Below the pieces are notes generated by a model. The model worked only from the letters and a program-made list of their open reading frames with translations, was not told where the DNA came from and ran no database searches. From Squalus acanthias (lineage: Eukaryota), in contig CM059432.1 of the NCBI GenBank assembly GCA_030390025.1, positions 70,806,001 to 70,870,000 on the forward strand: a stretch of DNA of 64,000 nucleotides, read 5' to 3'. Positions 14,201 to 27,500 of this stretch are shown piece by piece (positions within the stretch are counted from its first letter, which is position 1; each line of letters starts with the position of its first letter). Position numbers and translations under genes: made by a program.

Positions 14201-16887
14201 GGAAAGGAGCGGTCACGTTGTTAGGAGTTTTCTACAGGCCCCCAAATAGTAATAAAGATGTGGAGGAAGAAATTGCAAAGCAGATTATGAATAGGTGTGG
14301 AGGTCACAGAGTAGTTGTCATGGGTGACTTCAACTTGCCAAATATTGATTGGAACCTTTATAGGTCAAACAGTTCGGATGGGATAGTTTTTGCACAGTGT
14401 GTGCAGGAGGATTTCCTGACACAATATGTGGATAGGCCGACAAGAGGTGGGGCCACGTTGGATTTGGTACTGGGTAATGAACCGGGCCAAGTGTTTGATT
14501 TGTATGTGGGAGAGCACTTTGGAGATAGTGACCACAATTCGGTAACTTTCACTATTGCAATGGAGAGGGATAGGGCCATACGGCAGGGCAGGGTTTATAA
14601 TTGGGGGAGGGGTAATTATGATGCGATTAGGCAAGAATTAGGGAGTATAAGATGGGAACAGAAACTATCGGGGAAAGGCACAAACGAAAAGTGGAGCTTT
14701 TTCATGGAGCAATTACTGCGTGTCCTTGATAGGTATGTCCCTGTCAGGCAGGGAGGAAATGGCTGAGTGAGAGAACCATGGTTCACAAAAGAGGTTGAAT
14801 GTCTAGTCAAGAGGAAAAAGGAAGCGTATGTAAGGATGAGAAAACAAGGTTCAGTTGGGTCGATTGAGGGGTACAAGGTAGCAAGGAATGAGCTAAAAAA
14901 AGAGCTTAGGAGAGCTAGGAGGGGGCATGAGAAGTCCTTGGCGGGTCGGATCAAGAAAAACTCCAAGGCTTTTTACTCTTATGTGAAAAATAAAAGAATG
15001 ACCAGGGTGAGGGTAGGGCCGGTCAAGGACAGTAGTGGGAACTTGTGCATGGAGTCAGAAGAGATAGGAGAGGTGATGAATGAATACTTTTCGTCAGTGT
15101 TCACCGAGGAGAGGGGCCATGTTCTTGAGGATGAGAGTGTGATAAAGGTGGATAGGCTGGAGGTGGTAGATGTTCTGAGGGAAGATGTTTTAGCAATTTT
15201 GAAGAACCTGAGGGTCGATAAGTCCCCTGGGCCAGATGGGATATATCCTAGGATTCTTTGGGAGGCAAGGGAGGAGATTGCAGAGCCTCTGGCTTTGATC
15301 TTTGGGTCCTCACTGTCCACGGGGATGGTGCCAGAGGACTGGAGAGTGGCGAATGTTGTTCCTCTCTTCAAGAAAGGAAATAGGAATGACCCTGGTAATT
15401 ATAGGCCGGTTAGTCTTACTTCAGTGGTTGGTAAGATAATGGAAAAGGTCCTGAGGGATAGGATTTATGACCATTTGGAAAGGGGCAACTTAATCAGGGA
15501 TAGTCAACACGGATTCGTGAAGGGTAAGTCTTGCCTAACAAATTTGATTGAATTCTTTGAGGAGGTAACTAAGTGTGTAGATGAAGGTAGAGCAGTTGAT
15601 GTCGTATACATGCATTTTAGTAAGGCGTTTGATAAGGTTCCCCATGGTCATCTCATGAAGAAAGTAAGGAGTTGTGGGATAGAGGGAAATTTGGCCGATT
15701 GGATAAGTAACTGGCTATCTCATAGAAGGCAGAGGGTGGTGGTGGATGGAACATTTTCGGACTGGAGACCAGTTACCAGCGGTGTGCCACAGGGGTCGGT
15801 GCTGGGTCCTCTGCTGTTTGTGATTTTTAGCAATGACTTGGAGGAGGGGACTGAAGGGTGGATCAGTAAATTTGCTGATGACACCAAGATTGGTGGAGTA
15901 GTGGATGAGGTGGAGGGCAGTTGTAGGCTGCAAAGAGACATTGATAGGATGCAGAGCTGGGCCGAAAAATGGCAGATGGAATTTAACCCTGATAAGTGCG
16001 AGGTGATTCATTTTGGTAGGGCAAATTTGAATAAGGATTACAGGGTCAACGGCAGGGTTCTGAGGAACGTGGAGGAGCAGAGGGATCTGGGGGTTCATAT
16101 CCACAGATCTCTGAAGGTTGCCACTCAAGTGGATAGAGCAGTAAAGAAGGCCTATGGTGTGTTGGCGTTTATTAACAGAGGGTTTGAGTTTAAGAACCGT
16201 GAGGTTATGCTGCAACTGTACAGGACCTTGGTGAGACCACATTTGGAATATTGTGTGCAGTTCTGGTCACCTCACTATAGGAAGGACGTGGAAGCATTGG
16301 AAAGAGTGCAAAGGAGATTTACCAGGATGCTGCCTGGTTTGGGGGGGAGGTCTTATGAGGAAAGATTGAGGGAGTTGGGGCTTTTCTCTTTAGAGCGGAG
16401 GAGGATGAGAGGCGACTTAATAGAGGTTTAGAAGATGATGAGGGGGATAGATAGAGTGGATGTTCAGAGACTATTTCCTCGGGTAGAGGCAGCTGTTACA
16501 AGGGGGCATAACTATAAGGTGCATGGGGGGAGATATAGAAGGGATGTCCGAGGTAGATTCTTTACTCAGAGAGTGGTTGGGGTGTGGAATGGACTGCCTG
16601 CTGTGATAGTGGAGTCGGACACTTTAGGAACTTTCAAGCGGTTATTGGATAAGCACATGGAGCACACCAGAGTGATAGGGAGTGTGATAGCTTGATCTTG
16701 GTCTCGGACAATGCTCGGCACAACATCGAGGGCCGAAGGGCCTGTACTGTTCTATGTTCTATGTAAGGGAGAGAGCGGGAATATGGTATTGAAATAGAGG
16801 ATCAGCCATGATCATATTGAATGGTGGCGCAGGCTCGAAGGGCCGAATGGCCTACTCCTGCTCCTATTTTACTATGTTTCTATGTTC
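11265..16887 (+). mobile_element. CR1 LINE (outer), complete but frameshifted ORF2 (APE and RT), split by a nested CR1 at 14186-16764
   Basis: LYLNARSIRNK, ITETWL, YRPP, GDFN, SDH and FADD motifs. The 3'UTR breaks at GGCATCAAGGG (14185) and resumes at 16765, running to TATGTTTCTATGTTCT. Confidence 0.93.
14186..16764 (+). mobile_element. Nested younger CR1 LINE, 5'-truncated within the APE domain
   Basis: ORFs 14218-14766, 14767-16431 and 16435-16695 share one frame, broken only by two stops. FADD present. Tail CTGTACTGTTCTATGTTCTATGT; AAGGG on both flanks. Confidence 0.93.
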
Positions 16888-17090
16888 TACCAGTGTGCTG
16901 GCCAGCATTCTTCTGTCAAGTATCAGCACCAATTAGTAATAGACTAATTAGCTATTAATGCAAGTTGCTATTTGTGGGATCTTGCTGTGTACAAAGTGGC
17001 TGCTGTGTTTGCCTACATACTGACCGCACGCCAAAGTAATTCATTATATATAATGCGCTTTGCGACATCGGAGGTGTGATAAGACATGTT
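16886..17090 (+). mobile_element. DeuSINE/SacSINE1-like SINE, 3' body
   Basis: TTTGTGGGATCTTGCTGTGTACAAAGTGGCTGC...GCGCTTTGCGACATC matches the reverse complement of the 36.1-kb SINE. Its TATATAAAT tail lies after the Harbinger, at 20930. Confidence 0.75.
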
Positions 17091-17386
17091 GGCCTAGAAA
17101 CTGGATAATGCCAGACAACGTGCGGTGTCATGCCAGCGCTATGTGCATGCATATGCTGAAAGTGGTCCAGGCAGCACACATAATTCGTGCTGCCTGCTCA
17201 TTATAATGATTGGAGCGCTGCTCTCAGCGTTAAACGCGTTGCTAATTGGCTTAGCGCTCAACCTGGGCGGGGGGGGGGGGGGGCGTTAATCAGGTGCAGT
17301 CTAATGGCCAGTAACGTTTGGCCTAGGCTCGCTGCACTACTTAAAGGGGAGGTGCTTTGTTGCAGCAGCACCTCATTGTCAGTCTG

Positions 17387-19221
17387 GATGAAGACATAGC
17401 TGAGCAACCAAGGGAGCGAGTCCGAAGGTTCTCGGCTGGAGGCCTTTGTCATGGCCGTACAACGAATGCGGGCTGTCCTGTTCCCGCAGGGTGGCAGGAG
17501 GCCATCCCAGGCCACTTGCAGAAGGCTCTGGGAGGAGATAGCTAACTCCGTCATGGCCACCAGTGTGGTTCCAAGGACGTGGATCGAGTGCCGAAAAAAG
17601 TTTAATAACCTCACATGGCAGGTCAAGGGGAGTGAAGGCTTCAGCAAATTCCATATCCCACCATCTGCACCACAAGCCTCACATATGTGTGCTGCCTGGA
17701 CCACTTTCAGCATATGCTCAATGCACCACACCCCCATCACTCACCTACCAGCAATCTCTAGCTATCACCACTCAGACCTCACAATCATGGCTTCACGTCA
17801 CCCTCACAACCTTATCACTGCTGCAACACTCACACCCACATCTCACACCTTGCACACACGGACAGCTATTCAACTATGGCAGGCATATCATCCAAACACA
17901 TTGCACTAAACTCACTGACACACTTCCCTTTCTCTTGCAGGCAAAGGTGGCACAGAACAGGAGGGAGCAGCAGCAGACGGGAGGTGGCCAAGCCGCTATA
18001 CAGAACCTCAGCGACCTGGAGGAATCCATCCTTGACATAATTGGAGGGGCAGTGATGGAGACCGTGGCCATGGGAGAAGTTGAAGCCATTGCTGATAATT
18101 ATGGTATAGTCATACCTAAGCCATCTTCTCACATCACAAAATCTCTTCTCACTGACAAGCTGCTGCTGGTGTATGCATGGATATCTTGTTTTCGCCCCCC
18201 CTCCCCTCACCACAACCCGTGCCTTTCTGCTTTCAGATACCCAAGAACTGCCAGCAGGCCAGCCGGTCCTTGAAGTTGTGGAGGAGAGTGATGGAGGAGA
18301 AGAAAAGATACACCATCACTGCATCTGACACTCGCAGACATCAGCTCAGAAAATGGCACTGCGCGGAATTTAGAGGGTTGTATAGAGGCGGGATCTGCAC
18401 ATGGTGAGGCAGAGGGCACTATTGGGCTGCAGCAAGGCCAGAGGGAAAAGTTAGCTTGGGTGCCAGCTCCCCAGAGGGGGAGGTTGCGCACGAGTTCTGC
18501 TGCACACGACTGAGATGATGACCTCAATGGGGCAGCCTTCAGAAGAAGGATGATGGGCATGCACACACAAATGCTAGGTGCAATGGCAAGCCTGCCAGAG
18601 AGCCTCTTGTCAATGTCAAGGAGCATGGAGGATTCCGGGTGCAACATTGCACAGGGCTTTGCGCAGAGCTTGGAGCCTATGATTTCCAGGATGGAAATGG
18701 ACATGATGCTGCATGTGGTGGGCGATGTCGCTGCTTCCATTGCAGCACAGGCAGAAGTGACCCAACATCTCAGTGCTGCAGTGGAAACGCAGACTGCTCT
18801 CCTGCAGGCTCAGCTTGTTGCCACGCAAGCTCAGACGGCTGCCATCGTCGCGGAGTTTAGGAGTGTCGAAAGGGGCTTGCAGAGTGTCGCAGAAGGACAG
18901 CAATCTGTCCTCCAACAGATTGCTAGGAATGCTGAGGCGCCGCCCCAGGGTAGTGGCAGTGGGTCTGTGGAGCAAGAACTTGCTGTCCTGTCTCAGGATG
19001 ACAGCATTCCTACTCCCACCACCGCCACTGCCCTTGCTGCTGACTGTCAGCCAGCCAGCCCAGACTGCTGCCGCGATGCCGAGGTGATGCAGTCTACAGC
19101 CAGGCCTTCTAGGTCTACAGCTGGTCGAGGTCTTCCTGCAAGGCCAACTGTAATCCCCTCCACTAAAAGTCAGCAGCCTTCCACCAGCCATGCTGCAGCC
19201 ACTGGAGGAGCACTGGAATAG
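17387..19221 (+). pseudogene. Harbinger Myb/SANT-like DNA-binding protein gene, spliced, disrupted
   Basis: LWEEIANSV...PRTWIECRKKFNNL, then acceptor ttgcAG at 17939-40 into AKVAQNRREQQQTGGG, a further acceptor at ~18235, and a coiled-coil C-terminus. The first donor appears mutated (GGgagt). Confidence 0.75.
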
Positions 19222-19431
19222 GTAAAGACACACAAACAACAGGCTCAAAGGGAATGCACAAGGGTGATTTTTGTAACGTTGATTGGATTCGGATAAATCC
19301 ATGATTTTTGTTCGGAATGTGTGTTTTGTGGTGGCTCATTTCAGCTTTGTGCCCAGCAGGACACTGTGATGTTCGTGACAGAGGAATGGTATGATGGGGA
19401 AGTGGTGAGCAACGGGGATCTGGGGTTTCAT

Positions 19432-20465
19432 TCACTGGAATCTGAGTCTGAGGAGGCCAGAACGGGTATTTTCTGCCTGTCTCCTCCCTCCCTCCTCTCC
19501 CGCGTCCTCCTCCGGAGGTGGTCCTGCAATCCGTGGTGGCGAGGGCTGCGCCCGCATGATGGCCAAGTTGTGAAGCATGCAGCAGACCACCATGAAATGA
19601 TACAACCTCTCCGCCGAGTACTGGAGGGCTCCTCCAGAGCGGTCAAGACAGCAAACCATTGCTTTAGCACCCCGATGGTCTACTTGATGATGTTCCTGAT
19701 GGCAGCATGTCTGTCATTATGAGTGCTAGGCACAAGTCATCGGCCAGGTGTAGAGCAGATAACCGTAGTCTCCGAGAAACCACCCTCGGGTTTGACGTGG
19801 TGGCTGGAAGATTGCCGGCACACCATACTGGCACAGGATGAAGGCATCATGACTGCTGCCAGGATAGTGGACATTCACCATCATGATCCACATTAAGTGA
19901 GTAGTAGCCTTTGCGGTTACGGAACATCTCAGGATTGGTATACGGTGCCCGCAAAGCCACGTGTGTGCTGTTGATGGCGCCCTGCACCATGGGGAGCCTG
20001 CTATCCTGGCAAAAGCCACATGAGCACTTGTCCTGCTTCTCTCTGTTCAGAGAGAAGACAATGTAGTCTCTTCTGGAGTAGAGAGCCTCCGTGACCCTCC
20101 TGGATGTAGCAATGGACGGCGAACTGCGAGATGTTAACTATGTCTCCTGCTGCAGACTGGCAGGATCCGCTGACAAAGAAATTGAGGGCCACCAGGAGAG
20201 CCGTGGTCGCCCAGCTCTGAGGCTGCAGGTGGCAGAGTTCTGTGACCACCTCCTTGATGAAGCGGAGCCTCCTAATACACTGCTCCTAGCTTAAGTGGAG
20301 ATAAGAGAAGTGCTCTACGAAGACCCGAGGTGGGTAAGGCCTCCTGTTGAGAGCCCTCCTGGCCCCCTTCCTCCTCCCTTTGCGAGCACCTTCTCTTCTT
20401 CGCTGCCTCTGCTCCCTCTCCCGAAGATACTCGAGTGCAAGGGGGTCTGCCAGTAGAGCCCCCAT
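19432..20465 (-). pseudogene. HARBI1-type DDE transposase, frameshifted
   Basis: RRPYPPRVF, ALNFFVSGS, YPGSSHDAFIL, WFLGDYGY and CLDRSGGALQYS...VVCCMLHNLA. Confidence 0.88.
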
Positions 20466-23400
20466 GACTGTGTGCAAGTGGTGTGAGCAGAAGCCTTTAA
20501 ATGAGAATGAAGGCATTCTCCACTTGCACCAACACTCCCCGTCACCTCAGGAACTTTAAACAAGTTTAGAAAGCTGCAAGAGTTTCAGAAAGTTATAAAG
20601 AGCCAGTCAAACTGAGAAACCATGTCAGCTGCAAGCTGTTGTTGATGATTCCCTTTAAAGATCGCTGCTGGAGGCTCCTTCCTGCTGCTGAACGCTTGGT
20701 CAGCTGGTCGTGATTTAGAGAGGGCGGTAAGCGGAGCAGCGATGGTGAAAATGGCAGATCGTGCGTCAAGTTTGCCTCATTTCCATTTCTGAAGTGAGCG
20801 CAGGCAACGGCAGCGCTGCTGACCTGCCCAAAATGGTGGCTGCCGGGGGACCCGCCGGAATCCAGTCAACCGCCATTTTTCTTCAAAACGGGCCTTAACT
20901 GCTGCGCTAAACCCACAAATTTCTAGGCCTATATAAATACAGGTGCTTCTCTCCTTACTATGTCAAGACAAGAAAGGCAACCCCCATCAGTTTTTGGTTG
21001 AGAGAGACAGATAGAAAGAACAAGAAAGAAAGACAGATCTTAAAAAAAAAGGTGCAGATGTTCTGTTATGCACCCCGAACTTAAGGCTGCCATATTTTCC
21101 CGGTTACATGGACCATCCTAGCATGATTAGAATTTTTTCAATGTTTTATTTAATCTAATATAAAGTATAAACAACTATTATTGCTATTTAAACTTAAAAC
21201 TTTTTGAAAAATTGAAACACAAATACTAATTTAGCAGATCAAGATATTCATGGGCTTATCCAAAACCAGTTGTAGTGATGGAAATGGACAGACTGATCAT
21301 GTTGGTATTAGTTACTGGTTTCAGGCAGGCATGAACGTGCAGCTGAAGAACCAAATTGATAAACTTGGTGTAAGAGTAGGAGTGCTCCTTTACTTTTGAA
21401 ATTACTTAAAAAAAAAATTATGGTCAACAGCAAGTTGATTGCTAAGCAATTTTGCATCATCCCGTAAAAGATAGAAAATCAGTCCTATAGAACGGTTAAA
21501 CAAACTTTTTTTTGCCAATTAGGAATACGAATTCTGCATGTAAATGCAATTGATAAATTTCATGCAATTAATTCTGCAAAGCTGAATGGGGTGGATGGGG
21601 GTGGGGAAGAAGGGAAGCTCCAAGCTCTTCAAAAAAACAGATCATCATACGAAGAGCCAGCTAGCAACGACCCCACTGCAGGAGTTAAACACAAATTCTA
21701 TCGTCAAACTGAGCCAAATGTTGTAAGAGATCTGGGACAAATAGACATAATTGGCTCGGACACAGGATTTTACTTTCCTTGTGAGGAAAGTCTGTATAAG
21801 TCAATATACTTTGAAATAGAGCCAGCTAATCAGTGTGCAGAAAGGCGATACAGGTCGTAGAGAAAGCTGTAAAATGGGATGCTGTACACCCATTAAATGA
21901 AACACTTGTTGCATTTTCTTTTTTAAAAAGTCCTACCTGAGCTTTTAAGGAATGAAAAGGTAATTTAGCAAAAATAGGACGCTTTGCATTCCTCAAATGA
22001 TTTTTATTAGTAAACGTTTTTGTTTCCAAATTAACATTCATAAAATGTTTAGTCTTTAAATTCAGAGCTTGTGCTGGGATTCAATTAATTAAAATAGAAT
22101 TGATGACTTCATGTGGACAACAGTCAACCACAGCTAACTTCTTTACACTCCCTAAAATGTTTGTTATGACAATACTTAAAAAGACAAAAAAAAACACTTG
22201 TGCACAGTTTAAACATTGAATTTTATGACTGTTGTATTAGAAACTTCCAGAATGTATGGTGACTGGAAATATGAACAAAGCTCTTTCTATTCCCTGCTCT
22301 GAAACAAATATATTTCGATGGACTTTGCAAACGCTCTACAAGACTACAAAACAAACAACTGGACATTCTGAAAAAAATAAGAGAACAATAAGCTATTAGG
22401 GATAATAGAGTTTATTACAAATACAAGATTTATTGAAAATGTGCATTAAATAAATTTTAATGAGCACTCTAATTGCCTTTGAATATAAATTATGTACTGT
22501 GCATCGACAGAACATTACTTCAATGTCTAATTCTGCAAGTCAAACAACAAAACTGTATTTAAACATATTTGCAAGAAACAAAAAAAAGTGTATGGTTTTT
22601 AAACAAATATGATGCAAGTTTACGAATAGCTCAAAAGTAGTAAAATTTAAGGTTGAGTGCATCAAAGCCCGAGTCACACAACTAACAGGAACATGACTAA
22701 CCACCAGTTTTATTACCTCCAAAGAATACAGAATCAGGTAACAAGTTGTTGAAATAGCTGCAAAATCCAAAATGAAGCACATGGTAAGTGTAAAAGTGCT
22801 GTCCACTAAGAGGAAGGTGGTATACTTTCAACATAAAATGTTATTGTGAGCCAGCCCTCAGCTCAGCAGTAGAATCAGGGAGTGCGCCACCCACATGATT
22901 TGGAATGCCAATGAACACAGGAACATGAATATAGCCATCACTTTAAAAAAAAACTATAATCTATTTATTTTCCTCTATGCATTAGTTTTAACAAAATGTA
23001 ATTTGTAAACATATTTACAGATTCATTAAAACTAATGCAGAGAAGAAAATATCTGCATTATTAATCTGTGGCATCTGAAAATTATGGTAGGTGATATTAT
23101 TGCACGAACACTAAACTTTAATATCAAGCTTCACTATCAACTAATTTAACGAAGGCTTTAGACAGGTTAAAATAAACAGGGTAATGTTCTGTTAAAAAGG
23201 TGGGCAGAGAATTTTAACGCAAGCCAATTAAACCTTCATACAGTAATATCACAAGGGCTCTAGTTTGATCACAATGCAATAAATTAAAGAACATTCTGGA
23301 ATTTTATATTTTATCATTTTAGTTTTGTATTTTAACAGTTAAAAAAATAATCACAGGAAGTTTGAGAATGTTGAAGGCTAATAATATTTGGATACTGCAA

Positions 23401-23490
23401 GAGAACATTTAGTATTCATAAGTACATGTAAAATTATGAATTAATCTAATAGTATGTCTTAACCATTCAAGAAATACCTCAACAAAAATA

Positions 23491-24400
23491 CATAGAATTA
23501 TATTGAATATACAGCATAGAAACAGGCCATTCAGCCCAACTGGTCCATGCCGAGGTTTATGCTCCACACAAGCCTTCTCCCATCCTACTTCATCTAACCC
23601 CATCAACATATCCTTCTATTCCTTTCTCCCTCATGTGTTTGTCTAGCTTTCCCTTAAATGCATCTATGCTATTCATTTCAACTACTCCCTGTGGTAGCAA
23701 CTTCCACATTCTAACCCCTCACTGAGTAAAGAAGTTTTTCCTGAATTCCCTACTGGATTTATTAATGACTGTCTTATATTTATGGCCCCTAGCTTTGGTC
23801 TCCCCCAGAAGTGGAAACATCTTCTCTACGTCTACCCTATCAAACTCTTTCATAATCTTAAAGACCTCCATCAGGTCAATCCTCAGCATTCTCTTTTCTA
23901 GAGAAAAGAACCCCAGCCTGTTCAATCTTTCCGAATCGGTATAACCTCTCAGTTATGATATTATCCTTGTAAATCTATTTTGCACCTTCTCCAGTGCCTC
24001 GATATCCTTTTTACAACATGGAGACCAGAATTATGCACAGTACTCCAAATGTGGTCTAATCAAGGTTCTCTCCAAGTTTAACGTAAATTTCAATTCTATT
24101 CCTCTAGAAATTAACCCCAGTGCTTTGTTTTTTTAAACTGCCATATTAACCTGTGTCCTTACTTTTAGTGATTTGTGCATCTGTACCCCTAGATCCCTTT
24201 GCTCCTCGACCCCATTTAGACTTATTTTCAAAGGAGTATGTGGCCTCCTTATTCTTCCTACCAAAATGCACCACCTCACAATTACCTATATTGAAATTAA
24301 TTTGCCAATTACAAACCCATTCTGCAAATTTATTAATATCTGCTTGTATTTTGTCGCAGTCTTCCTCAGTATTAACTATCACCCTAATTTGATGTCATCT
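23491..24400 (-). mobile_element. CR1 3' fragment
   Basis: WQINFNIGNCEVVHFGRKN and LGFFSLEKR...FFTQ; CR1 3'UTR at the 23.5-kb end. Confidence 0.88.
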
Positions 24401-24444
24401 GGTCATATTATACAGGGGGTAAGTTATTCTACTTAAAAAGAAAA

Positions 24445-24566
24445 AAAATGCAGGGTAATGGGGAAAGAGCAGGGGAGTGGGACTAATTGGTAGCTCTTTC
24501 AGAGAGCGGCACAGACATGATGGGCCAATTGGCCTCCTTCTGTGTTGTATGATTCACTGATTCTAT
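24445..24566 (+). mobile_element. CR1 3'UTR remnant
   Basis: GGGGAAAGAGCAGGGGAGTGGGACTAATTGG...TGGCCTCCTTCTGTG...GATTCTA, similar to 5360-5460. Confidence 0.75.
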
Positions 24567-27500
24567 AAAGCAGGCAACTAATTTTCAAACATTTTACCAA
24601 GCAGAGATTTCACCTAATCAAGGTATTCCCTAATCTTAATGAAGCAAAAATTTATTTAAATAGCTAACATTTTTTTAACCACAAGGCAACTGCTATTGTC
24701 TTTGGAAATACAAGAACCATTGCAAATTGGACTGGACTATTGACTAATTCCTGTACAAGATGGAAGCTACATACTTTGCATAAATAAATCTACTGGACTC
24801 ATAATTTGAAAAAAGTGAATTTCTACTTTCTTAGTATTTCTACTTGCATAGCAATAGACAAGCTTTATATGAATGAAATGGATTCAAACAAATCAAAGGA
24901 TCACATTAGAAAATCATATTCAGCAAGTTGAATTTTTTTAAACAAAGAAAAAAGGGTACAGGGGATAACACAGGAGAACTCGTTCTGAAAAATCCAAATG
25001 CATTGGAAACAAATCTGGAACCCACGGATTTCAGCATGTTTTGGTTATTTTAAATGCTCATATCCGACCTCTGCCCTCGTACTAGTGATCAACACATTTC
25101 TCCTGAATTAAAAATAAAATATGTGCCTAGCTTTTAACCAATACGGATTAGTTTCAAATATGTTAATTTTGGTTCAGTATTATGGTGTGTTGTAATGCCT
25201 ATTAGGTAAAACAAGCTTATTAGACTCAAATGGAAAGGAACAGATATTAAGAGAAAAAAAGTCAATTTAAAAAATGTTTGCATTACCTAAAGTTAAAACA
25301 GTATCAAAAAGAAAAAGAAATCCACAGTAGATAGATTAATAAAGCACCTAGTTTATTAATAAAGCACCTAGTTAATTTATGCAATTGCTATAGGTGTGAT
25401 AACACACTGACAGGTCAATTGAGGTTTATTATGAAAGCACAACATAAACATGACTTTTATATTCTTTAAAATTGCCAATTACACACCCATTCTGCAAATT
25501 TATTAATGTCCTCTTGTATTATGTCGCAGTCTTCCTCAATAGTAACTGTAACCCCCAATTTGGTGTCATCTGGTCATATTATACAGGGGGTAAGTCTCTG
25601 AAGTTACAATTCTACTTAAAAGAAAGTTACATTCTTTAAAATGCAATCTTTCAATTTCTAGTTTAAGTTTTAAAATTTACTCCTTACTGCTGAAATTCTG
25701 TTGTTAGGAGAATAAGAGGGCAAATGGCTTCCTTAATTAATTGCATATACCCATGGATCATTGGGAACTGGTTAAATGGCCAACTTTTCTTGAAAAATAC
25801 ATCAATTCTAACTTAGTCATTTTTACTGTGATAAATGAACATCAACTGACATTTCAATTTTATTGTGTGTTTCTGGAATATTTTGGTTTCAATGCAATAT
25901 TTCTGGTATAAAGGTTCTTTATAGATAATAGGTATAGATAAGACTGTAGCTATTAATTAGCATTGTTAAACAAGTTTAAACAAAATAAGCAGAAGCAGTT
26001 ATGGAAGTGTACTAATCACATTTCTTAGTTCCTTCAATATGTTCCAAGGAATCCTAAAGATAATTCAGATTATAACTTATTTGTCAGTTACTACCCATAT
26101 TCTTAACTTAGTTATATACTTAATATATTCTTTCTATATTTTTAAATAAGCACACTGCCTCTGGAGTAGAAGGTATCCACATCTTTTATAACTCATCTTG
26201 TATCATTTTAGATTATTATTTAGACCTTTATAGATAGGGTTTCTGAAATAAAATCCTGTATTGAATAACTATTATAAACCTAGATTTAGCTTCATCACAC
26301 ACACAAACACAAAGTACTGTATAAATAAAATATGCACACCCAGAAGGAATCATTCTAAACAGTAGGTAGTGATGTTATTTACTGTATATGAGCTTTGCTC
26401 TTTGAGCAATTTTTTCTTTGATATCCAGTAGGAGCACCAATAGGAGCAATTGTGACCGTTAGCAACCTTTTTATTCTTGTACATCATTGGCTTTGTTTAA
26501 TAGGACAGTGTTTATAAATCAGTACATGTTGCGTGGAATACATAGTCCAGAATAATCAAAGTACATATAATGAGAGCTAGGAACTAATGTCAGAGAATGA
26601 AAAAAAATATTTGAAAGGATTGTTTTGAATTCTGGAATGTTTTCTGCATTTCATATCCTTTTATAGGACTACAGGGCAATACATCTAGAACATTTTAAAT
26701 AAAGGTTATGAATTTTGTGTTTAAAGTTGCAATTAACAGATATGAAATCAAAATAATTCTGCCTCATTGTGCTTTCTTTAAAAATTAACTAGATATTCTT
26801 GCCCAACTCTTTTGTAAAGACCCGATATAATTTATTGTAGACTACAGTTTCACAGATGATATGTTCACATCAATTGATGTAACTGTAAGGCATGTTTAGC
26901 TGACTGCTTTTTAATTTGTCAACACCTAATGATGCCACAAAATTTTACAACTATATTCCGGAGAACAAATGTAGCCCTTTAAAGCTGGTCACTTGAATTT
27001 TCTCATGTTTTTAATGAATTAAAATATGTAATTGGTACTTCAGACCATTCCTGTTCTGCAAAGTTAATTGTGATCAGATCCCTTTGATTTTAAATCCATA
27101 TCATTTTACAATATTAAGATCTACAGACAAAAGCACTTGGTTATTTTTTGATATTATATAACTATTTTAACCAAGGTTTCTTTTAACAAGTTTTATATTA
27201 TTTTTGTTTCTATGTTAGCACAACGCCATAGAAACCAACAGTTGGTTTGTGCTGATTAACCAAGAGTAACAAATAGATGTTTTGACATAAAACTAAAATA
27301 AATTAGGGAAGAAAAACAAACAAAACTAAAGTGAACTCATCAGGGTTTAACCATATTCTGCAATTGTACTGATACACAACTATCAGTTCACAATGCTGTA
27401 ATATCATTTTATTGGTTTGTCACTATTCACAAGCCAGTTTCTCCAGAAGGAACTTCTATAAGAAAAGATACTAGTTGTGAATGTTAACAGCTGATTTGTT

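Larger units (their letters stand above)
17091..20929. mobile_element. PIF/Harbinger DNA transposon (full-length, decayed) with convergent Myb/SANT (+) and transposase (-) genes
   Basis: TIR GGCCTAGAAA / TTTCTAGGCC; both internal genes recognisable. Confidence 0.9.
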
